A stretch of 64,000 nt of DNA from an uncultured Gammaproteobacteria bacterium. Lineage in GTDB: Bacteria > Patescibacteriota > Microgenomatia > UBA8517. The first letter of the stretch is position 1. Every line of letters starts with the position of its first letter. Positions 46,778 to 57,299 of this stretch are shown piece after piece. The notes beneath the pieces were generated by a model, which did not search any database, was not told where the DNA came from, and worked only from the letters and a program-made list of their open reading frames with translations. The position numbers and the translations under genes were made by a program. The DNA is taken from positions 43,206 through 107,205 of the forward strand of contig CAYSZS010000001.1 in NCBI GenBank assembly GCA_964435575.1. Reading direction: 5' to 3'.

Positions 46778-47551
46778 ATGCAACCATCTATCTATTTATC
46801 AATAATCATTCCTTGTTACAACGAGGAGGAAAATTTGAAAAGAGGCGTTCTTGATGAGGTTTATAAATTCATGAAGGCCAAAGATTTTCAATGGGAGGTA
46901 ATAGTTTCTGATGATGGAAGCACTGACGGGAGTAAAAAGCTGGTAAGGGGGCAGATTGAAGATTGGGACGGATTCAGGCTTTTGGAGAATCCGCATGGAG
47001 GAAAACCCTCTGCTTTGTGGCATGGAATAAAAGAGTCTAAAGGTGAATACGTTCTTTTTACAGACATGGATCAGTCAACTCCAATTGACCAACTTGATAA
47101 ATTGCTTCCTTTTATCGAAAAAAAAGTGGGTGCGGTAATAGGTTCTCGTGGGTTACTTAGGAAAAACTTTCCACTTTATCGTAGATTGGGGTCAATAGTA
47201 TTTATGGCAGTGAGAAAACTGTTTATACTTCCTGAGATAGGTGATACTCAATGCGGTTTTAAATTATTTCAAAGGAAAGTTATTGAAAAGGCATTTCCGA
47301 AGCTACAGTTTTTCAGGAAAGAGGTTATTACTAAGGGATGGAAAGTGACCTCCTACGACGTTGAGTTACTGCATATTATCAAAAAGATGGGATACGAAAT
47401 TGAAGAGGTGCCTGTGGAATGGCAAGATATAGATATTAGTAAAAGCAAAGGGGGTGTGTTGAAAAGGTATATAAATGAGTCGAAAGAAATGTTTACACAA
47501 ATCCTACGGGTCAAATTAAATGATTTGAGAGGTTTATATAAAGATTTTTAG
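46778..47551 (+). CDS. polyprenyl-phosphate GT2 glycosyltransferase
   Basis: PCYNEE, DDGSTD, TDMDQS, GSR, DTQCGFK, DVELL. Confidence 0.88.
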   Translation: MQPSIYLSIIIPCYNEEENLKRGVLDEVYKFMKAKDFQWEVIVSDDGSTDGSKKLVRGQIEDWDGFRLLENPHGGKPSALWHGIKESKGEYVLFTDMDQSTPIDQLDKLLPFIEKKVGAVIGSRGLLRKNFPLYRRLGSIVFMAVRKLFILPEIGDTQCGFKLFQRKVIEKAFPKLQFFRKEVITKGWKVTSYDVELLHIIKKMGYEIEEVPVEWQDIDISKSKGGVLKRYINESKEMFTQILRVKLNDLRGLYKDF

Positions 47552-47579
47552 TCGGTTTAAGTTTAAGAATAAGTCTAAG

Positions 47580-49187
47580 ATGTCAGAACTTAAAGATGTG
47601 CTCAAAAAAAATAGAGGAACTTTTTTCCTATTTATTGGTATTATTTTATTAGGTCTAATACTTAGACTTTATAACTTAGATTTAATTCCTATTTTTGGTG
47701 ACGAAGCCATTTATATTCGCTGGGCACAAGTAATGAGGGTAGAGCCCGGTCTCCGTTTTGTTCCCTTAAGCGACGGGAAACAGCCTCTTTTTATGTGGCT
47801 AACTATTCCCTTTTTAAAAATCCTTTCAGATCCTTTAGTTGCCGGACGAATGGTGTCAGTATTATCGGGTCTAGGATCCTTAATAGGAGTATATGTACTG
47901 AGTCGAGTATTGTTTAAATCACATAAAGCCTCACTTATCGCAAGTTTATTTTATGCTATTTCTCCTTTTTCGGTTTTTTTTGACAGGATGGCATTAGCTG
48001 ATTCACTTCTCACCATGTTTGGCATATGGACACTAGTTTTCTCTATTATTACCGTACAAAAGATACGATTGGATACCGCTATGCTTGCCGGTTTTTCTTT
48101 GGGTGGTGGGCTCTTAACCAAATCTCCGGCTACTTTTTTTGCGGCCCTCATTCCTTTTACGCTTATCTTATCAGACTGGCCGAAAACATTTAAAAAATGC
48201 TTCAATCGCCTAAGCGTATACGTATTTTTATTTAGCTTTACTTATGCAATAGGTTTTCTTATGTATAACATTTTACGGCTTGGAACTAATTTCCACATGA
48301 TTGCAATTAGAAATAAGGATTACGTTTTTCCTCTTTCGCATATTTTCCAAAACACTCTCGATCCTTCTGTAGGTCATCTAAAGGACACTGTCGACTACTT
48401 TTGGCTTATGGGCCCTTCGGTTCTTGTCTTGTTTATTTTGACGGGAATATATATTGGTTGGAAACTGTTTAGAAGAGAAACAATAATTCTTCTTGCCTGG
48501 GGAATTTTGCCGATATTGGCAGTTGCGGAACTTTCGAAAACAATGACCGCCCGCTATGTATATTTTGCCGTACCGTATCTTTTGATTATTTCTTCTTTGT
48601 CGCTTAGCTTCGCAGTTAAGAAAAAAGTGATGGGTGCCAAGCTAATTCACCCGTCGGGTGGATTCCTATTGTCTCCACTTGTACGGATATTATTTGTAGC
48701 CTTTGTTGTTCATGCTTTTGTATTGGATTATCAACTTTTGACTAACCCACAATCCGCAAACTTGCCCAGAAGCGAGAGGTCTGGTTATTTGGAGGAATGG
48801 ACTTCCGGATATGGAATAAAGGAGGTATCGGAATACTTAAGAGAGCAACCAAAAAACCTGCCTGCCGGCCGGCAGGTTATTGTGGGAACCGAAGGATACT
48901 TTGGAACCTTACCCGATGGCCTTCAGATTTATTTAAACGACGTACAAGGATTAACGGTAGTCGGAGTGGGAATAGATATAAAAGAACTGCCGAAAAGTCT
49001 TATCGAGTCTCGTGATGCAGGAAACAAGACCTACCTAGTTATAAACAATTCACGTCTACTTGCTGATCCCGAGGACTTGAATTTAGAGCTTGTTGCAGTT
49101 TATCCTAAAGCCTTTCGTAAGCCGGGTACCCGGGAGTATAATACTCTCGGCCCCCGCGAATCTCTTTATTTATTTGAAGTTAAATAA
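47580..49187 (+). CDS. GT-C (GT39/ArnT-like) glycosyltransferase
   Basis: FGDEAIYI.WA, GKQPL, FDRMALAD, LTKS, ARY. Confidence 0.78.
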   Translation: MSELKDVLKKNRGTFFLFIGIILLGLILRLYNLDLIPIFGDEAIYIRWAQVMRVEPGLRFVPLSDGKQPLFMWLTIPFLKILSDPLVAGRMVSVLSGLGSLIGVYVLSRVLFKSHKASLIASLFYAISPFSVFFDRMALADSLLTMFGIWTLVFSIITVQKIRLDTAMLAGFSLGGGLLTKSPATFFAALIPFTLILSDWPKTFKKCFNRLSVYVFLFSFTYAIGFLMYNILRLGTNFHMIAIRNKDYVFPLSHIFQNTLDPSVGHLKDTVDYFWLMGPSVLVLFILTGIYIGWKLFRRETIILLAWGILPILAVAELSKTMTARYVYFAVPYLLIISSLSLSFAVKKKVMGAKLIHPSGGFLLSPLVRILFVAFVVHAFVLDYQLLTNPQSANLPRSERSGYLEEWTSGYGIKEVSEYLREQPKNLPAGRQVIVGTEGYFGTLPDGLQIYLNDVQGLTVVGVGIDIKELPKSLIESRDAGNKTYLVINNSRLLADPEDLNLELVAVYPKAFRKPGTREYNTLGPRESLYLFEVK

Positions 49188-49225
49188 ATTTTAAGATTTT
49201 AATATTCTTTAGAAATAAGTTGAAA

Positions 49226-50236
49226 ATGGATAAAGATTTACCCTATTACGAAATAGAAGGTAACTATGAGAAAGTAGGAGGATTTTTAGGTAAAACTTTT
49301 AGAAAAAATATCAAGGAAGCAATTGATAAAAGGAAAAAAGAAATTGTCAATTATGGAACTTATCTTCCGAAGTCCCAGGAATGCTTCGAAATTACAAAAA
49401 AATATTTTCCTAAATTGATTATCGAAACGGAAGCAATTGCAAGAGGAGCAGGAGTGTCGGTAATTGATTATTTCTTTATTAACAACCGTGAAGTGTATGA
49501 TCCCGCTGAAGAACGGGATAAAAAGAATGCAGTAAAGGCAGATCATTGTACTGTGGTTGTAGGTTTTGACGAGAACAAACTAGTTATTGGTCACAATGAA
49601 GATTGGTCATTAGAAGCAATAGATGAGCTTTATATTCTTAAAGCGACGATTAATAAAACCACATTTATTGGTCTTAATTACAATATTACAGTAGCTGGTA
49701 ATTCGGCGTCTATGAATAACTATGGTCTTACACAGTGTATAAATGATATTTATCAAACGAACAAAATAGGAGTACCGAAAAATTATGTTGCAAGAGCGGT
49801 ACTTGAAGCAAGGAATTTAGATGAAGCAGAAAATATGATTCGTTACGTTCAACGAGGGTCGGGATTTAATCATGTACTTGCTCAAGGAACGGAGATAAGA
49901 AATATTGAGATTGCTGGAGATAGAGTCAGTGTTCAGAAAGTTAAGAACAAACCGTACGTTCACACGAATCATTACCTTACAGAAGAACTGAAAGCTTTTG
50001 AGAAATTTCACACTAAAAGTTCTGAAGAGCGTTATAAGCGTGCTAATGAATTATTGAAAAAGAAAATGACGAAGGATACCGTAATAAGTGTTCTTTCCGA
50101 TACGGAAAACAGGGATTATCCTATTTGTAGGGTGGATGAAACTATTGGTTCGGTCGTGTTTATTCCAGATCAATTAGAAGCATATTTTTGTTATGGCCAC
50201 CCTTGTGAAGGAAAATTTAGAAAGTTTAGTCTGTAA
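49226..50236 (+). CDS. C45 family Ntn-hydrolase/acyltransferase
   Basis: E..AIA.GA, DH|CT nucleophile site, GHNEDW, MNNYGL, HTNHY, S..RY.R. Confidence 0.8.
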   Translation: MDKDLPYYEIEGNYEKVGGFLGKTFRKNIKEAIDKRKKEIVNYGTYLPKSQECFEITKKYFPKLIIETEAIARGAGVSVIDYFFINNREVYDPAEERDKKNAVKADHCTVVVGFDENKLVIGHNEDWSLEAIDELYILKATINKTTFIGLNYNITVAGNSASMNNYGLTQCINDIYQTNKIGVPKNYVARAVLEARNLDEAENMIRYVQRGSGFNHVLAQGTEIRNIEIAGDRVSVQKVKNKPYVHTNHYLTEELKAFEKFHTKSSEERYKRANELLKKKMTKDTVISVLSDTENRDYPICRVDETIGSVVFIPDQLEAYFCYGHPCEGKFRKFSL

Positions 50237-50288
50237 GATTGCTAGCGCAGGAAATTACTTCCCTTTAGCTTTGTGATATCATCAATTA

Positions 50289-51551
50289 GTGTTAACAAGT
50301 TTAACTAACAAGTGGTGGTTTTGGTGGCTGGTTGTTGGGATTGTTCTTCGGTTAATCTTGATACCGATTACATTTCATCCCGATTTATGGGGACATTCGT
50401 CAGTTGCCTACTTTTTCGCTTACGAAGGAAGACTGAATATTTATGACCACCTTGCAAGTTTATCGACAACTCATCCACTCGTCCGCTCAATGGGAGTAGG
50501 GGATATCTTTATTTATCCTCCTTTAACCTATTTTACTCTGGGAATATTTAGATTCTTGGTTAGGCCATTCGCTGATCCTAATTTTATGCCTATGATTTGG
50601 TCAGAAGTTCCAAAGGCATTGTCCTTTCCTACTCTTCATTGGCATCTTTTTTTATTTAAATTTCCATATCTTTTTATAGATATCGCTATAGCATTTATTT
50701 TCGCCAAATTTTTTGGTCAAGAAAAACGAAAACTTGCTTTTGCCTTGTGGATTATAAACCCATTAACTCTTTACGCAACCTTCATGCTAGGGCAGATTGA
50801 TATATTGCCGACTTTTTTTGTAATTCTTTCTTTATATTTTCTTAAACAAAAAAAATATCGGGCTTCGTTAATAAGTCTTGGAATTGGCGGAGCATATAAA
50901 AGTTTTCCTCTTCTTTTTATTCTTCCGGCAGCCTTTATCTTGGGAAGAACTTTTAAAGAAAAAATTAAATATATTCTTTGGGGTCTTATCCCATATTTCC
51001 TTACGGTTGCTCCTTATTTGGCGTCAAGTACATTTAGACAGATGGTTTTATTCAGCCCGAAATCGACAAAAATGCTTTTTATGGGCTGGAATGTCTCGGG
51101 CGCGGAAGTAATCTTTCCCTTTATAATTCTATTAAGTTTTTTATACCTTCATTCATATTATGCCCAAAATAAGCTCTCAGTTTTCTCGTACGAATTTTTA
51201 ATAATGCTCCTTACCCTTTCCATTACTCATTATCACCCCCAGTGGTTTCTCTGGCTAACGCCCTTTTTGCTAATTTATTTAATTAAATCGAATTTCAAAT
51301 ATTCGTTACTAATAATTTCAATGTTTTTAACGTGGTTAATTATAACTTTATTTTTCGAAGCCTCTCTTTCATACGGACTATTTAGTCCAATATTTCCATC
51401 TCTTTCTCAAGCCACTTCTTTGTCTGATGTGGTCAATAACTACACAAACGTATTTCAGATAAAAAGTGTTGTTAGGAGCTTCTTTGCTGGTGGGAGTATA
51501 TATTTATCCTACCTTTTTTTTAGAAACAACTCAATTGATAAAGATATATGA
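50289..51551 (+). CDS. GT-C (GT87/PIG-M-like) membrane glycosyltransferase
   Basis: HPD, YPPL, K.P....D, NP, GQIDI, HPQW. Confidence 0.7.
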   Translation: MLTSLTNKWWFWWLVVGIVLRLILIPITFHPDLWGHSSVAYFFAYEGRLNIYDHLASLSTTHPLVRSMGVGDIFIYPPLTYFTLGIFRFLVRPFADPNFMPMIWSEVPKALSFPTLHWHLFLFKFPYLFIDIAIAFIFAKFFGQEKRKLAFALWIINPLTLYATFMLGQIDILPTFFVILSLYFLKQKKYRASLISLGIGGAYKSFPLLFILPAAFILGRTFKEKIKYILWGLIPYFLTVAPYLASSTFRQMVLFSPKSTKMLFMGWNVSGAEVIFPFIILLSFLYLHSYYAQNKLSVFSYEFLIMLLTLSITHYHPQWFLWLTPFLLIYLIKSNFKYSLLIISMFLTWLIITLFFEASLSYGLFSPIFPSLSQATSLSDVVNNYTNVFQIKSVVRSFFAGGSIYLSYLFFRNNSIDKDI

Positions 51552-52276
51552 AAAAGTTAACTTTAAGCATAGTTATTCCCGCATATAACGAGGAAAAAAT
51601 TATTAAAATGAGCCTTGGGAAAATAATAGATTACCTTAAAGTTAAAAGGTATGATTGGGAGATAGTTGTTGCCGATGACGGCTCCGTGGATAAAACGAAA
51701 GACTTAATCAAAAATTTAACTCATAAAAACAAGAGAATTAAGCTCGTTAGACTTCCTCAAAATAAAGGTAAAGGTGGAGCACTTAAAAAAGGAATCCTGG
51801 CCGCTAAAGGGAAATACATAATTTTTATGGATGCTGATCTCTCAGTGGACTTAGGGAACATTGACATTTTTTTGAAACAACTTAAAAAGGAATCTCCTGT
51901 TGTGATCGCTTCAAGGAGGGTGAAAGGTGCGGAAATTGAGGTTCATCAGCCTTGGCACAGGGAGGTAATGGGGAGAGTTTTTACTTTTTTGACACGTATT
52001 TTGATGCAGGTAAATGTAGCTGATTTCACCTGTGGGTTTAAAGGTTTTACAAACGAAGCCGCAAAAAAAATATTTTCCAAGTCCTTGATTAACCGTTGGG
52101 CCTACGACGCGGAGATAATGTTTCTGTCAAACAAGTTCGGTTATAAGATAAGACAAATGCCGATTGTTTGGAAAAATAGAGGAGATACGAGGGTTAGGCT
52201 AAAAAATGTTATCTTTGAATCTTTTATGGATTTACTAAAGATTAGATTAAACGACTTAAGAGGAGTGTATGACTAA
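51548..52276 (+). CDS. polyprenyl-phosphate GT2 glycosyltransferase (Alg5-like)
   Basis: PAYNEE, DDGSVD, NKGKGGA, MDADLS, DFTCGFK, YDAE. Confidence 0.88.
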   Translation: MKKLTLSIVIPAYNEEKIIKMSLGKIIDYLKVKRYDWEIVVADDGSVDKTKDLIKNLTHKNKRIKLVRLPQNKGKGGALKKGILAAKGKYIIFMDADLSVDLGNIDIFLKQLKKESPVVIASRRVKGAEIEVHQPWHREVMGRVFTFLTRILMQVNVADFTCGFKGFTNEAAKKIFSKSLINRWAYDAEIMFLSNKFGYKIRQMPIVWKNRGDTRVRLKNVIFESFMDLLKIRLNDLRGVYD

Positions 52277-53957
52277 AATTAAAATTTTTTTTAAAAAGAA
52301 TTTTTTATTTGTTTTACTTCTTATTTTAATTATTCCCACATTCCAGGCCCTAATTCGACCGGGATACTTTCCAATGCACGATGATATGCAGGCAATGCGG
52401 CTCTTGCAGATGGATAAGTGTGTAAAAGACCGGCAGATTCCCTGCAGGTGGGTTCCTGACATGGGGTTTGGATACGGCTATCCTCAATTTAACTACTATG
52501 CACCACTGCCTTATTACATTATGGAAATTATCCATCTTTTAGGATTTGGTTTTTTGGATAGCGTAAAAGCGGGGTTTATTTTGAGCATGATTACGGGTGC
52601 GATGGGAATGTACCTTCTTGGGAGCTCTTTATGGGGAAAAGCGGGAGGATTTATAAGTGCGCTAATTTATACTTATGCACCGTATAGAGCAGTTGACGTT
52701 TTCGTTAGGGGAGCGATGGGGGAGGTTTGGGCTTTTGCCCTTTTGCCTTTTGTATTTTGGTCGGTGGGAAAGGTTTTTAAAGGAAAAAAAATAAGCGTTT
52801 TGTATCTTGCTCTTTCCTTCTCTGCCCTACTTACGTCGCACAATATTAGTGCAATTTTAATAATACCCTTTCTCTTGGCTTGGATTTTACTAATCTCCTT
52901 TCGAAATTTTAAAGAATCCCCGACTCAATTTATGCAAAGAATTTATCGAATTTCGATCGGATTTGTTTGGGGAATAGGTATCGCTTCCTTTTTTATATTA
53001 CCTGCTTGGTTTGAAAAAAACTTGGTTCATGTAGAAACCCTTCTTTCCGGGTATTTTAATTATATAAATCACTTCGTAAGCCTGAATCAGCTCCTTTTCC
53101 AAACTCAATGGGGATATGGAACTTCAGAAGTTGGACCTTATGATGACTTGTTGTTATCGGTAGGGCTAATTCTTTGGGTATTGCCACTTATATCCCTAGT
53201 TCTAAATCTATATTTAAAGAAAAAACCTTCTAGTCTATTTGTTTTTCTATTGATACTTTTTGGATGGTTTAGCCTTTTTATGGCTCATTCAAAGTCCTCT
53301 TTCTTTTGGAATAATATAAAAATTCTTTCATTTGTGCAGTTTCCTTGGAGATTTTTACTTTTTTCGACCTTTTTCTTTTCATTGGCAGCAGGATCTATTG
53401 CTTTGGCCTTCAAAAAGGGTAATAAGTTAGGGGGCGTTTGGATGAGCTTCTTAATTATTTTATTATTTTTTCTGTACAGAAATTATTTCATACCGCGAAT
53501 TTGGATAAATACTACGGATCAGGAAAAATTTTCCGGTGAATCCTGGCAAAGACAACAGACAATAAGCATTTTTGACTACTTGCCAGTTTATGCAAAAATG
53601 CCGCCTGCCGCCAAAGCTTCTGACGAACCTGTTTTTATAAGTGGTGAGGGCGATATAAAAAGTGGCCAGGGAGGTTCAAATTGGCAGAATTGGGAGGTGG
53701 AAGTTTTGACAGAAAAGGCAACTTTACAATTTGGAATATTTTATTTTCCTCTGTGGACTGTGCGGGTGGGCGATAAATTAATTCCGATTAACTACGACGA
53801 CGATCTTGGGGCAATAAAAGTAGATTTAAATAGGGGTGGACAGAAAGTTATGCTAAGACTTACTAACACCCCCGTTAGGAGTTTTTCAAACATTGTAACA
53901 TTGGTATCTATATTTTTTATTCCAATCTTTTTAAGAAAGAAGGAACTGATTAAATGA
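52269..53957 (+). CDS. PTPS-related/YfhO-like GT-C membrane protein, paralogue 1
   Basis: MHDD, QIPCRW.PD..FGYGYP.FNYY.P, RGAMGE, SHN, QFPWRF, DYLP. Confidence 0.75.
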   Translation: MTKIKIFFKKNFLFVLLLILIIPTFQALIRPGYFPMHDDMQAMRLLQMDKCVKDRQIPCRWVPDMGFGYGYPQFNYYAPLPYYIMEIIHLLGFGFLDSVKAGFILSMITGAMGMYLLGSSLWGKAGGFISALIYTYAPYRAVDVFVRGAMGEVWAFALLPFVFWSVGKVFKGKKISVLYLALSFSALLTSHNISAILIIPFLLAWILLISFRNFKESPTQFMQRIYRISIGFVWGIGIASFFILPAWFEKNLVHVETLLSGYFNYINHFVSLNQLLFQTQWGYGTSEVGPYDDLLLSVGLILWVLPLISLVLNLYLKKKPSSLFVFLLILFGWFSLFMAHSKSSFFWNNIKILSFVQFPWRFLLFSTFFFSLAAGSIALAFKKGNKLGGVWMSFLIILLFFLYRNYFIPRIWINTTDQEKFSGESWQRQQTISIFDYLPVYAKMPPAAKASDEPVFISGEGDIKSGQGGSNWQNWEVEVLTEKATLQFGIFYFPLWTVRVGDKLIPINYDDDLGAIKVDLNRGGQKVMLRLTNTPVRSFSNIVTLVSIFFIPIFLRKKELIK

Positions 53958-55627
53958 TAAGAAAAATTTATCCCTTTATTATTATTTTTATTATATGTAT
54001 TCCTGCTAGTTGGTATCTTTTTGGAAGGGGATATTTCAATATGCATGATGATCTTCAGGTAATGAGAGTTTACGAGATGGAGAGGTGTTTTAGTGACGGC
54101 CAAATCCCCTGTCGGTGGTCGCCCGATATGGCATATGGATATGGTCAGGCCATGTTTAATTATTATTCCGCATTCCCCTATTACCTTGGTCAATTTGTGA
54201 GAATGGTTACTGGTTTAAGTATTCTGGCGACCGTAAAGACCCTTTTTTTTATTTCTTTAGTTGGATCCGCATTTGGGATGTACATATTGGCAAAAGAGTT
54301 TTGGGGAAAAATGGGTGGAATTTTAGCATCTGCCCTATACATTTATACTCCCTACCACGCTCTTGATATTTTTGTCAGAGGCGCGCTTTCCGAGAGCTTC
54401 TCTCTTGCAATATTACCCTTTCTTTGGTTTTACCTTTACACCCTAGTTAAAAATCCATCGGTTAAAAGTGCGTTGTTGACGTCTATCTCCCTATTCTTTC
54501 TTCTGACCACCCACAATATTTCAAGCATGATTTACGCGCCGTTTACGCTCATCTGGACGACATTTTGGATAATCTATCTCAAAAATTGGAAAAGCATAAA
54601 GTATGTTTTTATTTCAGGAATATTGGGAGTGGGTTTATCAAGTTTTTTCCTTATTCCCGCCATTTTTGAACAATCGCTAATCAATGTACAATATCTGACT
54701 TCTGAATATTCGGACTTCCATGCGCACTTCGTTTCATTAAAGCAGTTATTCGTTGAAAGAAAGTGGGGATACGGACCCTCAATTTTTGGACCATACGATG
54801 ATCTGTCTTTTCAGGTCGGCTGGCCGCATTGGTTTTTAGGATTTTTAGTAATAGGACTTTCTATTTATTGGTGGGTTAAAAAAAGAAACAAAGAAGCAAT
54901 TCTAAGTATTTCACTAATTTCACTATTTTTGTTGACGACCTTTTTGGCACATCAGAGATCTTTATTTCTTTGGGAATCACTCCCACTTATCAAATTTGTC
55001 CAATTTCCGTGGAGGTTTTTAGGTCTTTCTATGTTTTTCTTGTCATTTGCATTAGGAGCGATGGGAAATGTGCGGTTTACCTTAAAGACTTTATTCGTAT
55101 ATCTGATTCTTGGTATTACAATAGTTCTTAATATTAGCTACTTCAAGCCCTTTAATTTTTCAAGAAAAGTTAAAGACGAAGATAAATTGATGGGAGAAGC
55201 CTGGGAATTACAACAGAAAGCGGCAATTCTCGACTACCTGCCAAAAACTGCCGATATTGCACCCCCAGCATCTGCGTTCGATACACCTAAAGTTATTTCA
55301 GGCGAAGGGGTAATAGAAAACTTTACAAACGATTCCAATAGATTTAGTTTTGACGCCGATATTTTCTCGCTCTCAGAAGTGGTAGTTCCCGTCATGTATT
55401 TTCCGAACTGGATAGTGATTGTTGATAATCAAAAGGTAACAAGCGGGATTAATGGTGCCCATGGAGTCATAAGCCTAGAACTCCCCGTAGGTAAACATAT
55501 CGTTCGAGGTAGGTTTACGAATACTTTAGTAAGGACAGTCGCTAATTCAGTCTCGGTTCTATCTTTAATAATACTTTTTTCTGTTTCAGCAGTCTCTGAG
55601 AACAAAAAGTATGATGAAAAGAAATAA
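53954..55627 (+). CDS. PTPS-related/YfhO-like GT-C membrane protein, paralogue 2
   Basis: Same motif set: MHDD, QIPCRW, RGALSE, THN, QFPWRF, DYLP. Confidence 0.75.
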   Translation: MIRKIYPFIIIFIICIPASWYLFGRGYFNMHDDLQVMRVYEMERCFSDGQIPCRWSPDMAYGYGQAMFNYYSAFPYYLGQFVRMVTGLSILATVKTLFFISLVGSAFGMYILAKEFWGKMGGILASALYIYTPYHALDIFVRGALSESFSLAILPFLWFYLYTLVKNPSVKSALLTSISLFFLLTTHNISSMIYAPFTLIWTTFWIIYLKNWKSIKYVFISGILGVGLSSFFLIPAIFEQSLINVQYLTSEYSDFHAHFVSLKQLFVERKWGYGPSIFGPYDDLSFQVGWPHWFLGFLVIGLSIYWWVKKRNKEAILSISLISLFLLTTFLAHQRSLFLWESLPLIKFVQFPWRFLGLSMFFLSFALGAMGNVRFTLKTLFVYLILGITIVLNISYFKPFNFSRKVKDEDKLMGEAWELQQKAAILDYLPKTADIAPPASAFDTPKVISGEGVIENFTNDSNRFSFDADIFSLSEVVVPVMYFPNWIVIVDNQKVTSGINGAHGVISLELPVGKHIVRGRFTNTLVRTVANSVSVLSLIILFSVSAVSENKKYDEKK

Positions 55628-57299
55628 ATTTGTTTATCTATTACTGACACTTTTGCTAATACCAGCAGCTTTTTTCCTTTTAATTCCAGGGTTTTACGAA
55701 CCTCATGACCTCCACCATTTTGCAGATATTTACGAAATGTATCGGGCAATTTCTTCAGGTCAAATTCCACCTCGGTTAGGACCTGATTTTATTTTCGGCT
55801 ATGGATATCCCCTTTTTAATTTTTATTATGTTTTGCCTTTTTATATAGGAAGTTTTTTTTATGCTGTTTTGGGAAGTTTGCAAATTAGTTTCAAATTAGT
55901 TTTTGTTGCAAGCATAATTTTATCAGTTTTTGGAATGTTTTTTTTCCTGAGAGAGTTTTTCGGGAAGTGGGCCGCATTTACCGGATCCGTTTTATTTTTA
56001 TATACTCCCTATCGCGCAGTCCAAATATATGTACGAGGAGCGATGGGGGAGGCACTTGCATTATCTCTTTTACCTTTTGTTTTGTGGTCGGCGGTTCGAT
56101 TGATCAAACAACCCGGAAAGCGAGTTTTGGTTGCGATCTTGTCATTTATCTCGGCCCTTTTTATACTTTCACACAATTATTTTTGGGTAATCAGCCTTCC
56201 TTTCATTCTTGTTTTGCTTACTTTATTGATTGATAAAGAGAATTTGGCCCTTACTATTCGTTCTCTATTAACAACTTTTCTTCTTTCTATAGGTTTAACC
56301 TCCTATTGGTGGTTACCAGCTTTAATAGAACAAGGTACGGTTTCTTCGACCACCCCTTTTCCACTAATTGATCATTTCCCTTTCATCAAACAGTTAATAA
56401 TCCCTTCTTGGGGATATGGAAGTTCAGTTTGGGGATCGGGAGATGGAATGTCGTTCCAGGTAGGCGTCATTAACTGGTTTGTGTTTTTAATTCTTATTGG
56501 GATGATTTTGTTTAAAAGACTTGTAAGTAATAAACAAATTTCAAAACTTGCTATCTGGTCGATTACGGGTTTTTTAGTAAGTCTTTTTATGATGAATATT
56601 CGCTCCTACCCCTTATGGAAAATTCTGCCGTTTCATGACTTTATTCAGTTTCCTTGGAGACTTTTATTTTTGACAACGCTTTTTACAAGTGTAATGGCAG
56701 CGGTTAGCGTTGAAGTGTTAAATAAGCGTGGAAAATATTTAGCATCGACTATAATACTAGGAAGCTTACTTTTGACTTTTCATTATTTTCAACCGAGTAA
56801 AATATTTTATCATACAGATGATGATTATTTATCAAGGTTCTTTGCAAACCGTACAACTCAAGGGGAAAAACGTGAGGTTTCTAAAGAATATTTGAATTAC
56901 AGCGAAGACTACCTCCTTTTACCCAAATGGGTTGACCAACGACCGAGAAGCTTACCTCATCAAAAAATAGAATCCGACGTAATTAGTGTTTTCGATATCG
57001 AGGAAATTACTCCAGTGAAGTGGGTTGTCTTTGTTGAGACAAAGGAAAATTCGAAAGTTACTTTTAATTCTTTATATTTTCCCGGATGGTTTGCAAAAAT
57101 TGACGGTAATCCTACTCTGATAACATTAGAGAAACCGCTCGGACTGATAGAAACACAGGTTCCATTAGGTAAGCATGAAATTTCTTTCTATTGGGCGGAA
57201 ACCCCATTGCGGAAAATGGCAGATCTCATAAGTTTATTTTCGTTAGGAATAAACGGGTTTTTATTTTGGAATGAAAAAAAAGAGCACAACCGAAAATAG
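55611..57299 (+). CDS. PTPS-related/YfhO-like GT-C membrane protein, paralogue 3
   Basis: PHD, GQIPPR.GPD..FGYGYPLFNFYY, RGAMGE, SHN, QFPWRL. Confidence 0.75.
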   Translation: MMKRNKFVYLLLTLLLIPAAFFLLIPGFYEPHDLHHFADIYEMYRAISSGQIPPRLGPDFIFGYGYPLFNFYYVLPFYIGSFFYAVLGSLQISFKLVFVASIILSVFGMFFFLREFFGKWAAFTGSVLFLYTPYRAVQIYVRGAMGEALALSLLPFVLWSAVRLIKQPGKRVLVAILSFISALFILSHNYFWVISLPFILVLLTLLIDKENLALTIRSLLTTFLLSIGLTSYWWLPALIEQGTVSSTTPFPLIDHFPFIKQLIIPSWGYGSSVWGSGDGMSFQVGVINWFVFLILIGMILFKRLVSNKQISKLAIWSITGFLVSLFMMNIRSYPLWKILPFHDFIQFPWRLLFLTTLFTSVMAAVSVEVLNKRGKYLASTIILGSLLLTFHYFQPSKIFYHTDDDYLSRFFANRTTQGEKREVSKEYLNYSEDYLLLPKWVDQRPRSLPHQKIESDVISVFDIEEITPVKWVVFVETKENSKVTFNSLYFPGWFAKIDGNPTLITLEKPLGLIETQVPLGKHEISFYWAETPLRKMADLISLFSLGINGFLFWNEKKEHNRK

